Virus genome (UHGV): UHGV-0113858
Length of the DNA: 64,000 bases
Source of the DNA: a virus
Strand: one strand, 5' to 3'
Shown: positions 18,499 to 27,137 of the stretch, piece after piece
Position numbering within the stretch: the stretch's first letter is position 1
Layout: the number at the start of each line of letters is the position of its first letter
Notes under the pieces: generated by a model
Told to the model about the DNA's origin: nothing
Databases searched by the model: none
What the model saw: the letters and a program-made list of their open reading frames with translations, nothing else
Translations under genes and position numbers: made by a program

Positions 18499-18541
18499 TG
18501 TACACCAGGCCCCGGATCGCCGGGGCAACTTTTACTGGTAA

Positions 18542-18697
18542 ATGCAAATGATACGTTTTCTCAATATGCGATCTGGTAAAATTTACCGCTGGATTGAAAA
18601 CCGCGTTTTAGTTGAAACGCCAAAAGGCTGGCGACGTGTAGATCACTTGCGCCCCGCCGATCTGGCTTGCTTTCCTTTCATGGGGATTAAAAAATGA
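18542..18697 (+). CDS. small basic protein (about 51 aa), ATGA-coupled to 18694
   Basis: Manual translation MQMIRFLNMRSGKIYRWIENR... with GGTAAATG. Confidence 0.3.
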   Translation: MQMIRFLNMRSGKIYRWIENRVLVETPKGWRRVDHLRPADLACFPFMGIKK

Positions 18698-19161
18698 TTA
18701 GTGTACGAATGTTTTATTACGATGAATTATCAGACCAGGCAAAAGCCGCCGCCCGCGCTAACGTTGTGATCCCCGAGGTGGAAGCACTGATCCGTAATGT
18801 TGGCAACGCTCGCCAGGCCTGGAAGGAAAACATTCACCGGGCAATTAATGACCCTTATCACGTGCGCCGGATCTACAATGGACAAATGGCGCTTTACAAA
18901 ATCCGGCACCAGGGCGAGGCTTATTTGATACCCTACATCCGGCAAAACTGCACAATTTATCTGGCCGATGGATCATATGTTTACTATGATTGCAACAAAA
19001 AACGGATCGCTATTGTTAACAGTGGTTATCATGGATTATTACCCGACGATCTCCAGGTGGCGGCGCGTGATGAATATGTGAGGGTAAACGAGCGAGGCCC
19101 GGCATACTTTAGAAAATTATATTCCGACATTGCAAAGGCGAAGAGATCCGGCCCAGCATGA
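18694..19161 (+). CDS. hypothetical protein (155 aa)
   Basis: GGGGATTAAAAAATG. Confidence 0.5.
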   Translation: MISVRMFYYDELSDQAKAAARANVVIPEVEALIRNVGNARQAWKENIHRAINDPYHVRRIYNGQMALYKIRHQGEAYLIPYIRQNCTIYLADGSYVYYDCNKKRIAIVNSGYHGLLPDDLQVAARDEYVRVNERGPAYFRKLYSDIAKAKRSGPA

Positions 19162-19311
19162 TAGGAAAAATCTTTACAATTCCAGGGCTTGTTTTCGGTC
19201 CTGGTTTTTGTTATTCTGTTTTTGAAGCGGCAACGATGGACACCGGAGGAAAGTCACCGGAGGTGCCCGCTATTATGGTAATGAGAATTACTCTCAACAA
19301 CACCTAAAATC

Positions 19312-19342
19312 TTATGCAAAATAGTGAATATGGCGAGATCTC
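19312..19342. repeat. 31-bp element TTATGCAAAATAGTGAATATGGCGAGATCTC (copy 2)
   Basis: Identical to 15578-15608. Preceded by an AATGAGAAT half-site at 19280-19288. Confidence 0.7.
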
Positions 19343-19529
19343 CGCTAAAATGGACTAGGGTACAGCCTGGACGAAAAACCGCTTAAAACTCGTTACAGGA
19401 CGTTTAAAGGCCATATAAAAACAGCTTGACACGGGAAAACGGCTAAAAAGTAATTTCACCATGAAATCAATTGCATAGCGATGCATAAAGATGCAAAAAG
19501 TGAATAATGTAAAGATACGTAAAAGTCTA

Positions 19530-19558
19530 TTGACAGCGACCCCCGCTTATATTATTAT
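19530..19558 (+). promoter_or_regulatory. sigma70 promoter TTGACA-N17-TATTAT
   Basis: ttgaca gcgacccccgcttatat tattat. Confidence 0.55.
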
Positions 19559-19606
19559 TTATCTCGTAGGGCAAACAAACGAAAACAACTTAACGAGGTA
19601 AACATC

Positions 19607-19978
19607 ATGCGCTTAACTAACTTTGACCGTTACTACATCCGCGACGAACAAGCCAGCGCTTTCGGGTATGATCGTTCTATGTGTATGCAGCAGCACAAAG
19701 AAGGCGCACGTTTACACGTTGAAACCGTTGCTTTTGAAAATTATTTCATGGCTACTTTTACCGATGGTTTGCAAATGTCTATTGAGTTTAAAAATGGCGT
19801 TATGACCCTCGCAACCGAAGACAAATTTCGTAAAAAAGATCTCCGCGCTCATCCTTGTTTTGCAACTAATAAAGAATTATTGATCCGTGTTTATATCCGC
19901 CACGTTGTAGGCCGCATCGCTAACGAACAGCAGATCGCCGCCCTTGTTGATCTGGCCCTGAATCTCGATTTAAACTAA
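19607..19978 (+). CDS. hypothetical protein (123 aa)
   Basis: AACGAGGTAAACATCATG. Confidence 0.55.
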   Translation: MRLTNFDRYYIRDEQASAFGYDRSMCMQQHKEGARLHVETVAFENYFMATFTDGLQMSIEFKNGVMTLATEDKFRKKDLRAHPCFATNKELLIRVYIRHVVGRIANEQQIAALVDLALNLDLN

Positions 19979-20008
19979 TTGACAACGGGGCCGAAAGGCC
20001 CCATAATA
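19979..20008 (+). promoter_or_regulatory. sigma70 promoter TTGACA-N18-ATAATA with hairpin ggggcc-gaaa-ggcccc in the spacer
   Basis: Seen directly in the sequence. Confidence 0.55.
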
Positions 20009-20040
20009 CAGACTCACTAAACAAAACGAGGTAAACGGAA

Positions 20041-20355
20041 ATGACTAAATCTAAATTCTTTGAAATGCTGGATAAATATCTATCAAGCCATAACGAGTGG
20101 GCCAAACTTGGAAACGGTGGCGATTCATACAACGCTCGCCAGCTTAAACCCTACGTTTTCCACGAAGATCCGGCAAAACTGAAAGCATATCAAGAAAAAG
20201 ATCCGTCATATCCCTGGACCGCTCACGCATCAGGTTTTACCCTAGCTGATTGTTGGCATGTTGAAGTAATGCAACATAAAACCGCCGAGGCGGCAGAAAA
20301 GCAAGCCAAGATTTTTACCCGCTGGATCGCTGAATATAAAGAGCTTAACAAATAA
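20041..20355 (+). CDS. hypothetical protein (104 aa)
   Basis: AACGAGGTAAACGGAAATG. Confidence 0.55.
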   Translation: MTKSKFFEMLDKYLSSHNEWAKLGNGGDSYNARQLKPYVFHEDPAKLKAYQEKDPSYPWTAHASGFTLADCWHVEVMQHKTAEAAEKQAKIFTRWIAEYKELNK

Positions 20356-20403
20356 TTAAACCGGGGCGCTAGCCGCCCCGTTATCCTTTGAGGTAAAGCA
20401 ATT

Positions 20404-20634
20404 ATGATTAATATTAGTGTTGACAAGTTAGCCGAAATCATCCAGAAAGCAGGCGATGAAAAATATGGCGTAAACGATTGTTATTTCATTGGGCAGTATG
20501 AGGACGGGCGCTATTATGGTGTGTTGTCTAACAAGGTGAAAAGCCGTAGCAGCGCCGCACAATTGCGCCGCCCGGAGTTTTTAGAACAAAAGGGCCTTAA
20601 AGTAATAAAAGTAATTAAACGCAAAAAAGGTTAA
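20404..20634 (+). CDS. hypothetical protein (76 aa)
   Basis: Hairpin cggggcg-ctag-cgccccg, then GAGGTAAAGCAATTATG. Confidence 0.5.
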   Translation: MINISVDKLAEIIQKAGDEKYGVNDCYFIGQYEDGRYYGVLSNKVKSRSSAAQLRRPEFLEQKGLKVIKVIKRKKG

Positions 20635-20846
20635 TGATCATGAGAACTGTAAAAGCGAAGGAATTAAAAGGCGGAATGGTCATTGAGTTACCGGACATTG
20701 CACCAGGCTTTAAGCCGGGTAGCGTCCTCATCACACAAATAGAAATCGAAGCGCCCCACATTGTGGAAGTATCTTTCTATTACAAAAAGCGCTATATGGC
20801 CGACCTTTATCACCCTGAGGCGGAATTTAAACTAATCGGTGAATGA
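20634..20846 (+). CDS. hypothetical protein (70 aa)
   Basis: TAATGA-type overlap. Confidence 0.45.
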   Translation: MIMRTVKAKELKGGMVIELPDIAPGFKPGSVLITQIEIEAPHIVEVSFYYKKRYMADLYHPEAEFKLIGE

Positions 20847-20959
20847 GGCTGTAAAGAAAAGGCAACTAATTAAAAAGCGCTTGCCTGGCCAGATGTTTTC
20901 GACTATTATTTATTTCAGGGCGGGAAGATAATCAACCCGCAAAACCGAAGGTAAATAAA

Positions 20960-21130
20960 ATGTCAAATATCCGCTACAATATCAAAAGCACTTCAAAAAC
21001 CGGTTATGTGTCTTATGTTCGCCAGGGGTCTACAACTGCTTGGACCTTTGAAGAATGTATGAAAATTGTTACTACGCTTTCAGGTGATGATCGCTATATG
21101 GGCGTTTTATTTGAGATTGAATTAGCTTAA
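20960..21130 (+). CDS. small protein (about 56 aa)
   Basis: GAAGGTAAATAAAATG. Manual translation MSNIRYNIKSTSKTGYVSYV... Confidence 0.4.
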   Translation: MSNIRYNIKSTSKTGYVSYVRQGSTTAWTFEECMKIVTTLSGDDRYMGVLFEIELA

Positions 21131-21146
21131 TTAGCAAAATAACACC

Positions 21147-21172
21147 GGGGCGCTATTGCAGCGCCCTTTTTC
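21147..21172 (+). terminator. rho-independent terminator gggcgct-attgc-agcgccc then TTTTT
   Basis: Seen directly in the sequence. Confidence 0.65.
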
Positions 21173-21215
21173 GTCTGTTATTCTTCTATCTCCTTCATTA
21201 AACGAGTAACACCAA

Positions 21216-21479
21216 ATGACAAACATGATTTACACTGTAAGCAAAACAAGCCTTTTACGCGCTACCCTGCTGGCTTGCCTTATTGCTTTAGTGTCTAATA
21301 CGTGTTTTAACTCGCTGGCTTGCCTGGTAACGACTGAGACAATGGCGCAAGGTTTTAACACCATGATCGACGTTTTACAATTGACGTTTTACACTCTGAT
21401 TAAACTTAATCGCTTTAATCGTTTAGACCGTTATGATCTCCCTTTCTTGATCGCTGGCCTGCTGGCTATCGCGCTGTAA
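21216..21479 (+). CDS. putative membrane protein (87 aa)
   Basis: Hydrophobic segments. Weak RBS. Confidence 0.35.
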   Translation: MTNMIYTVSKTSLLRATLLACLIALVSNTCFNSLACLVTTETMAQGFNTMIDVLQLTFYTLIKLNRFNRLDRYDLPFLIAGLLAIAL

Positions 21480-23250
21480 GTCTCCACTACTCCCCAAAAA
21501 TAATGCCGGGCAACTCCCGCTTTTGTGTTTTTATACTTTAGGTTTTATCAATCAATAATCAAAAAGTGATAGATGACTAAAACCTGCATAATCGAGATCT
21601 CCAGACGGTAACCCACTAACCAGGGTAAGAGATAAAGCCCCTCAAAATGGCACATATTGCGCTTAAAATGGTATGGCCCTACCTAACAACCCCAACAATT
21701 AATAACGCATGTTATTAACTGAATAAAACATGCATTTTTAAGCATTATGTATGCATAGTGTGAGAATCGCTATCAAATGACAACTTTTATCATCTAGCCT
21801 ATTGTGTGAACTGGTTTTATTGAGCATAAAAATAAAATCTTGTCAAATAAAAATCGTTCGCGTAATCGTGGGGAGTGGCGCGAGCGTAGCGAGCGACACA
21901 ATAACACGGGAGTAACTCAAATGATAATCTCCCCGTCGCTAAAGCGATTAGCAACTAAAGTTGCTAACCCGTGGAACGGGCTATTATCATTTTCGTTCGC
22001 GTTATCGTGGCTCGTAGACGCCTAAGAGCGAATGAAAATTGTTATCATTAAGATGATTACATACGTAATCATTAACAGCCTAATTTTATCACATCGCCAC
22101 GATAACACCGATCACGCCCTGCGTGATCGCTCCCGTGTTATTGTGTCGATAGATATCGATTAGCGTAAACGCTAACCCGTTTCGGGCATTGATTGTGTCG
22201 GTATGTGATGATAACACATGGTTACTATATGCGATCAAATCGCATTAAATCGTGAATAATGGTTGACAAACCAGAATTATTGATAATGAAAACATGTTGT
22301 TTTTGAGCATAGTTTGCCTGAAGTGTCAATATAAATTTATCATAGGGAATAGCTATCAATCCCTTGCGTAGCAATAAAGAAAATAGTTACCTATTGTAAC
22401 TATTTCAATGCTTTAGCATTGCCGGGTATCCGGTCCGTAACGGTGTTGATGGGAATGATTATCATTGCGGAAATGCTCAAAGTATAGCTGTGTGTTAAAC
22501 ACAATTCTCTCTCCTTGTCAAGCTTTTATTTATAAATTTACAAAATATTTATATTTGCGGAATGATTCTCATTTCGAAATTGAATTCGAAATCGAAATAA
22601 TAATGATTCTCATTCGTCGTCTCATTCACAAAACAACCCTAAAACATGAATAATCACACATGAAACTATCACCACAGTAACAGTCACACCATGTAATGAC
22701 CTGAAGCGGCTGGCCTATGCGTCGCACTGGTAACATTGGGGCATTATTAGCTTGCTATGTGTTGTTATCTAGTGCGTATAACGTGTTTTATGTTAAATGG
22801 CGTAATTCATATAAATATAAACAAGTCAATAGCAAATCGTGCTCTAAGCTGGCAAACCATATGCTTGCTATGTATCACACACAATTATTATTAGTTTCGG
22901 CAAGTAACTATCATGTCTGAGGAGGCCCCGAGGAACCGGGAACCGGATCGACCTTGCCCATGATATTTTGTAAAGATCCGTAAAAATAGTTGACGCCCGG
23001 AGCTGTCCGTCTAGCACCTCAGACAGTGCGAATGCTCCAAAACACCCAGACAGATATTTTTCGGCAAGTGATATTTTCGGCAGGGGGCATGTTTTGATTT
23101 CCCCACGGGGGAAGGGGTGGTTATACGGGGAAAACAGGGGCCTGTTTACGGTATCGACATATCGGGGAGTCCCTTCAGATTGTGTGTTAATGAAATGAGT
23201 ACGTAGTACAATGAGAATCATTCTCATTTACAGACAACCGGGCAGGTCCG
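21480..23250. other. 1.8 kb noncoding, repeat- and palindrome-rich island (candidate origin, packaging or regulatory region)
   Basis: No credible ORF. Direct repeats CGTTCGCG(T/A)TATCGTGG (about 21854 and 21994). Inverted GTTATCGTGGC / GCCACGATAAC (about 22000 and 22097). GATAACAC repeated three times. Palindromes TTAGCAAC-TAAA-GTTGCTAA (about 21947) and TTAGCGT-AAA-ACGCTAA (about 22160). TCGAAAT repeated three times (about 22575). Confidence 0.6.
23210..23228. promoter_or_regulatory. perfect 19-bp palindrome AATGAGAATCATTCTCATT (operator-like), at the right edge of the noncoding island
   Basis: Related copies AATGATTCTCATT at 22561-22573 and 22602-22614. Confidence 0.55.
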
Positions 23251-23332
23251 GTGATTGTTTCGTGCAGCCTCAGCACCTGTTGCTGTGTGCAGGATAACAG
23301 GGTTGCCTATTCAGGTCAACCCCTTCGTGCGG

Positions 23333-23620
23333 TCACCACTGATGAAATCTTTTGTGCTCCCATCTCGCCCGGCTGATGATACACCACATAGCCTGTTCAT
23401 CATAGAAACCAAGCGCTTTAAGCTCTTGCTTCACATCGCTCAACTGTGCGTATAAATAAAGCTTTTTACTACCTTGACGCAGGAGGATAGCTGGTACAAG
23501 TGTCTTTGCATAGTCCAACAACACCTCTATTCTCTGCCTTTTCCCTTCAGATTTCTTGCGTGGGCAATTCCTGATGTGTGCCAGTTTTGCTGGCGCTTTT
23601 ACTACTTTGTTGAAAGCCAT
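23333..23620 (-). CDS. hypothetical basic protein (95 aa)
   Basis: SD TAAGGAACCTCTATG. Confidence 0.5.
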   Translation of the reverse strand: MAFNKVVKAPAKLAHIRNCPRKKSEGKRQRIEVLLDYAKTLVPAILLRQGSKKLYLYAQLSDVKQELKALGFYDEQAMWCIISRARWEHKRFHQW

Positions 23621-23629
23621 AGAGGTTCC

Positions 23630-23800
23630 TTAAAGAATGGTTGTGATGATCAGACATTGTTGTGTGGTTCTCATCATTGCATGGGTGGCCTGGCCCGTTG
23701 GAGGGTCGTTATTGTCATCATCGTCATCTACGAATAAGGTAAGGACCACCACCACGATGGCAACAATCCCCAACACCCAAAGAACTATAAGTCCCATCAT
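23630..23800 (-). CDS. small membrane protein (about 56 aa) with acidic DDDDDN loop
   Basis: Manual translation MMGLIVLWVLGIVAIVVVVLTLF... Overlaps the upstream stop. Confidence 0.4.
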   Translation of the reverse strand: MMGLIVLWVLGIVAIVVVVLTLFVDDDDDNNDPPTGQATHAMMRTTQQCLIITTIL

Positions 23801-23913
23801 TCATCCTTCTTAGCCACTGGCCCAATAGATACGTACAACATCATCCCATAAGGGATAAGGATCAGGAGCACTGTAATCAGCATCCCTAGTAATAAGAAAC
23901 CCATGTCGTCCAT
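23797..23913 (-). CDS. small membrane protein (about 38 aa)
   Basis: SD GAGGAGAATTTTATG. Manual translation MDDMGFLLLGMLITVLLILIPYGMMLYV... Confidence 0.4.
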   Translation of the reverse strand: MDDMGFLLLGMLITVLLILIPYGMMLYVSIGPVAKKDE

Positions 23914-23942
23914 AAAATTCTCCTCGTGTAATTGATAGAGGG

Positions 23943-23971
23943 AGTATAATCGCCGAGCCTGTTTACGTCAA
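23943..23971 (-). promoter_or_regulatory. sigma70 promoter (minus strand) TTGACG-N17-TATACT
   Basis: The reverse complement of 23943-23971 gives ttgacg taaacaggctcggcgat tatact. Confidence 0.55.
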
Positions 23972-24036
23972 GGTAAATTGATGCTCCACTTTAGATAAAA
24001 GAAAAGGAGCCTCTTCAGACTCCCTTGTGGTGTGGG

Positions 24037-24465
24037 TCAGATATTCTTGACTGCGATCAGGTTTGGGACATACGTACATGTTGGGGAGTAAGGGGTGTCC
24101 TTCCTGCGAAGCTGTGTCTTGCACAGAGAAGCATGTGATTGTGTGTCCACAGGCTCTCGGTCATAGAACGGATATCCGCTGCACATGTACGGGCGATCCT
24201 CGTAAATTGAGCACTTGTTGTCTTTCAGCTTTGTGCAGGTAAAGTAGCTGGTGAAGTGATTTGTTCCTTTACCAACTTCCTCACGACCTGTAACAACAAG
24301 AGGATTCCGTTTGTAGGCCTCATCCCTGGAGATTGGTTTCATCATCTCCCCGTGGATAGCAGATATTCTTCCGGCCCTGATTTTTTCGTGGAAGTCTTCG
24401 TGGGTGATGTTGTCTATGGCGATAACTTCACAACAGGCACTGCAATTATGGCAATGTTTTATCAT
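24037..24465 (-). CDS. Cys-rich protein (142 aa; CHNCSACC..., many Cys/His)
   Basis: ORF-track entry. Probable Zn-binding. Confidence 0.5.
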   Translation of the reverse strand: MIKHCHNCSACCEVIAIDNITHEDFHEKIRAGRISAIHGEMMKPISRDEAYKRNPLVVTGREEVGKGTNHFTSYFTCTKLKDNKCSIYEDRPYMCSGYPFYDREPVDTQSHASLCKTQLRRKDTPYSPTCTYVPNLIAVKNI

Positions 24466-24783
24466 TTATAACCTCATCCAGGTTTGATAGTCAGCTTCTG
24501 TGTGGTGCTCATCCCGTGCAACCTTTTGTGGTGGAGCAGGGTTCTTTGCAGCAGCTTCCATGATTCCCCGTGGGTCGGGGTCTTCAATCAGGTGTTTGTG
24601 TTCATCACAGGCGTAATGCTTGTACCAGTCACGCAGTCCCCACGGTGGTTGGTATTTCGTCATAACTGTGCAGCGCCTGCGGATGCCAATGGCTTTGCAG
24701 AATTTGCAGTAGGTTATAGGTTTGCACTTCTTCAGCGGGATAGCTTTCATTATCACCCCGCAAATGGATGGTGCAGAATACAC
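24466..24783 (-). CDS. Cys-rich protein (105 aa; CKFCK...C, YACDEHKH)
   Basis: ORF-track entry. Confidence 0.5.
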   Translation of the reverse strand: MYSAPSICGVIMKAIPLKKCKPITYCKFCKAIGIRRRCTVMTKYQPPWGLRDWYKHYACDEHKHLIEDPDPRGIMEAAAKNPAPPQKVARDEHHTEADYQTWMRL

Positions 24784-24947
24784 ACAGCGAAGTTAAATAG
24801 TGTCAGCAACTGAAGTGGCAGCATCCACCACCGACGTCCTTCGGGAAAGAATTGCACCATACTTCTCCAACCAACACATTCGAAAACCGCTGCGACGGAG
24901 ATGAATAACCAAAGAAACCAGAGTATTGCCAATAGTGCTGTCATCAA
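24753..24947 (-). CDS. small membrane protein (64 aa)
   Basis: Two hydrophobic helices. Confidence 0.4.
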   Translation of the reverse strand: MMTALLAILWFLWLFISVAAVFECVGWRSMVQFFPEGRRWWMLPLQLLTLFNFAVCILHHPFAG

Positions 24948-25147
24948 TAATATTCCCCCTCATCACCCATATACCACGAGTCCGGGCTATCGTCTAAAGC
25001 AGCCTCTCCCCAGTCACGGCTCTTTTTCCCTTTGGTCTGTTCCTTTCCAAAAAGAGCAGTCCCGTCAAGAAGATGGCCCATAGCTTTCTCGCCCTTTTTG
25101 ACGATCCTCCCACGGGCATTCCATTCTTCAAATGTTCTGTAGGCCAT
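24944..25147 (-). CDS. hypothetical protein (67 aa)
   Basis: Coupled stop and start. Confidence 0.4.
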   Translation of the reverse strand: MAYRTFEEWNARGRIVKKGEKAMGHLLDGTALFGKEQTKGKKSRDWGEAALDDSPDSWYMGDEGEYY

Positions 25148-25156
25148 AATTTTCCA

Positions 25157-25402
25157 TCACCAAAGAATTACATAGTTATGCTTCAAGCATCTCTTCATAC
25201 CATAAAGGTCGGCCTGAATGCACATGATGACCAACTCACGATCGAAAGATGTCATGCCGTCTTCATGGCAACTCTTTACATAGTTTTCGATCCAAACTTC
25301 ATCTGTTAACAGCGCCTCTGTGGTAGCAATTTCTTGCTTTATCCACTCACGCTCTTCAGGTGTTATTGGGGTCCCCATCCTTGCATCCGTAAAGATATTC
25401 AT
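25157..25402 (-). CDS. hypothetical protein (about 81 aa; track 25157..25435; SD GGGAGA-supported start MNIFTD)
   Basis: Manual check of the start. Confidence 0.45.
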   Translation of the reverse strand: MNIFTDARMGTPITPEEREWIKQEIATTEALLTDEVWIENYVKSCHEDGMTSFDRELVIMCIQADLYGMKRCLKHNYVILW

Positions 25403-25581
25403 GGTGTCATCTCCCACCAAACATTGAACATCCATGCTGAAAGAAATGCATGGGCAATCATCATGAGACCAGGGAAAACAAACGGATCTTCTTTTTTACG
25501 AAGCAGGAGTGTTAATCCCTGCAACCCACAGCAAACCGTGTTCAAAATGAACAAGAAAAACGTAAATACTAAGACAAACAT
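25399..25581 (-). CDS. small membrane protein (about 60 aa; track 25399..25632)
   Basis: SD GGGAGTAAGGATATG. Confidence 0.4.
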   Translation of the reverse strand: MFVLVFTFFLFILNTVCCGLQGLTLLLRKKEDPFVFPGLMMIAHAFLSAWMFNVWWEMTP

Positions 25582-25585
25582 ATCC

Positions 25586-25741
25586 TTACTCCCAAAGACC
25601 AAAGTGATTAAGTACCGCGATGATGAGAACAATGGCTACGACTTTCAGGATAAAAGGCAGACATCCGAGGTTCTCATAAACACCGCTTCTTTCCGCATTG
25701 AAGTGATCGCGGACGATCGCCCTCATTATCCAGAAATTCAT
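25586..25741 (-). CDS. small membrane protein (about 51 aa)
   Basis: SD AAGAGGAGGAGCTATG. Manual translation MNFWIMRAIVRDHFNAERSGV... Confidence 0.45.
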   Translation of the reverse strand: MNFWIMRAIVRDHFNAERSGVYENLGCLPFILKVVAIVLIIAVLNHFGLWE

Positions 25742-25793
25742 AGCTCCTCCTCTTGATTAGATACCCTGAGGATATATTACTATCCATGAGGTG

Positions 25794-26039
25794 TCAAGGC
25801 TCTTTTCCAAAAAGAATACGATCATGACCAACAATAGCCTTCGTCTTTTCCTTCAGAGCGAACCGCTTTGTCCAGTCAGCCATGTCCTGAATGTACCAAC
25901 AAGCCTCTGCCGCTGCACGAATATTCGCTACATATTCGAGTGCGCCCTGATACCCACGAGAAACACCCTCCGCCCACCGGATACCGGGGCGCGTTGTATC
26001 AAGATGCTCTAATGCCTTCTTAACATTTTCCATCATCAA
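25794..26039 (-). CDS. hypothetical protein (81 aa)
   Basis: ORF-track entry. Confidence 0.45.
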   Translation of the reverse strand: MMMENVKKALEHLDTTRPGIRWAEGVSRGYQGALEYVANIRAAAEACWYIQDMADWTKRFALKEKTKAIVGHDRILFGKEP

Positions 26040-26334
26040 CCTCCAGGAGATATTTTTGTCTACGTCGCACTCTCACATCATGCATACCTGTACTGCCGAG
26101 AAGATTTGCGATCTTCCATGATTTTACTTCAGGAAATTCCTTTTTTACCACACCCTGAAGATGTTTGTTTATTTTTCTACGGGTCTCCACTGCACGTTTA
26201 TAACCTTTAGTTTTGAACAGGTTACACCAGGTGTCTCTGGTATTTGCATCGATGCTGAAACTTCTCATCACTAATTGAAAGATCCGTTTACGGTGACCCG
26301 TACATGTCTCATCGAGGACATAATAATTTTTCAC
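26020..26334 (-). CDS. hypothetical basic protein (104 aa)
   Basis: ORF-track entry. Confidence 0.45.
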   Translation of the reverse strand: MKNYYVLDETCTGHRKRIFQLVMRSFSIDANTRDTWCNLFKTKGYKRAVETRRKINKHLQGVVKKEFPEVKSWKIANLLGSTGMHDVRVRRRQKYLLEVDDGKC

Positions 26335-26421
26335 AAGAACTCCTTCACAAAAAGATCGACGGCAAAATCCAGGCCCCGGCGTAGCGGGGGTACTGGATTT
26401 GGACGGCGCGGCGCTTCGCGC

Positions 26422-26970
26422 CTATACACGATCACCAAACAGTTTTTCAAAGCTAGCCATTCTTTCTTTCACCCGTTCAGGGTCTGCGGACAAGAAGTGG
26501 CGACTATCGCCCCTGATAAGTGTTCCCGTGTAGCCGATACTTTTATTAAAGGCTGTGGCGATATCTTCCACAGCATATCCTCTCTTGTGCAGTTCCCTTA
26601 TGACCGCGACATCCTCGTCACTGAGTGCTTGATTTCCCGCCTTGATGTTCTTAGCAGTACCTTCGGGACCATTTTTACCCTTCACCATCCCCGTAACCTC
26701 ATAAAAGTATTCCGGGATTCTTGAAGGAACCAGCACAGGGTCTCTTAATCGGACGGCCTTTATAACCTTGTGGTATGAGATTCCCATCATTTCGGCTACT
26801 TTCGTCAAAGGCCATTTGGTGTACTTCTTGATGGCTTTCAGAAAGATAACCTCCTCGTTTGAGAGCGATCTCCCATTGGGGGTCCCACTCGGGTCCCACC
26901 ATTGGTAATCTCTTGCCATCTGCTGTAAAGACTGCGTTCCCATAGCCATATTTTTGCTTTCTATCTTCAT
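26422..26970 (-). CDS. DNA-binding protein with two HTH-like segments (182 aa)
   Basis: LTKVAEMMGISYHKVIKAV and VEDIATAFNKSIGYTGTLIRG. Confidence 0.5.
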   Translation of the reverse strand: MKIESKNMAMGTQSLQQMARDYQWWDPSGTPNGRSLSNEEVIFLKAIKKYTKWPLTKVAEMMGISYHKVIKAVRLRDPVLVPSRIPEYFYEVTGMVKGKNGPEGTAKNIKAGNQALSDEDVAVIRELHKRGYAVEDIATAFNKSIGYTGTLIRGDSRHFLSADPERVKERMASFEKLFGDRV

Positions 26971-27129
26971 TCACCGCCACTCCATCTTTACGCAACCGTA
27001 GCCTTTGTCCTTACATTTTACCATCTGCCGAATGGCCTCGTCAAAGCTTTCGCCCTGCCAGAATACATAATATTTATACTCACCTTCGTAGGCGTTTGTC
27101 CAGTATTGGACAGTAAAAGTGCTTCCCAT
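26971..27129 (-). CDS. small protein (about 52 aa)
   Basis: SD TTAGGAGGCTAAATG. Manual translation MGSTFTVQYWTNAYEGEYKYYVFWQGE... Confidence 0.4.
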   Translation of the reverse strand: MGSTFTVQYWTNAYEGEYKYYVFWQGESFDEAIRQMVKCKDKGYGCVKMEWR

Positions 27130-27137
27130 TTAGCCTC

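Noticed and set aside
21840-22025. 61-aa ORF (also 22465..22653 and 22717..22920)
   Set aside because: Embedded in the repeat- and palindrome-rich noncoding island. No RBS. Basic, low-complexity translations of repeats.
22868-23227. 119-aa minus ORF whose ATG lies inside the 19-bp palindrome
   Set aside because: Its start is just the palindrome reading ATGAGAATGATTCTCAT. There is no SD. The product is unconvincing and the region is otherwise noncoding. Kept as low-probability.
26699-26995. 98-aa minus ORF
   Set aside because: Alternative frame overlapping the more protein-like double-HTH gene 26422-26970 and the SD-supported 52-aa gene 26971-27129.
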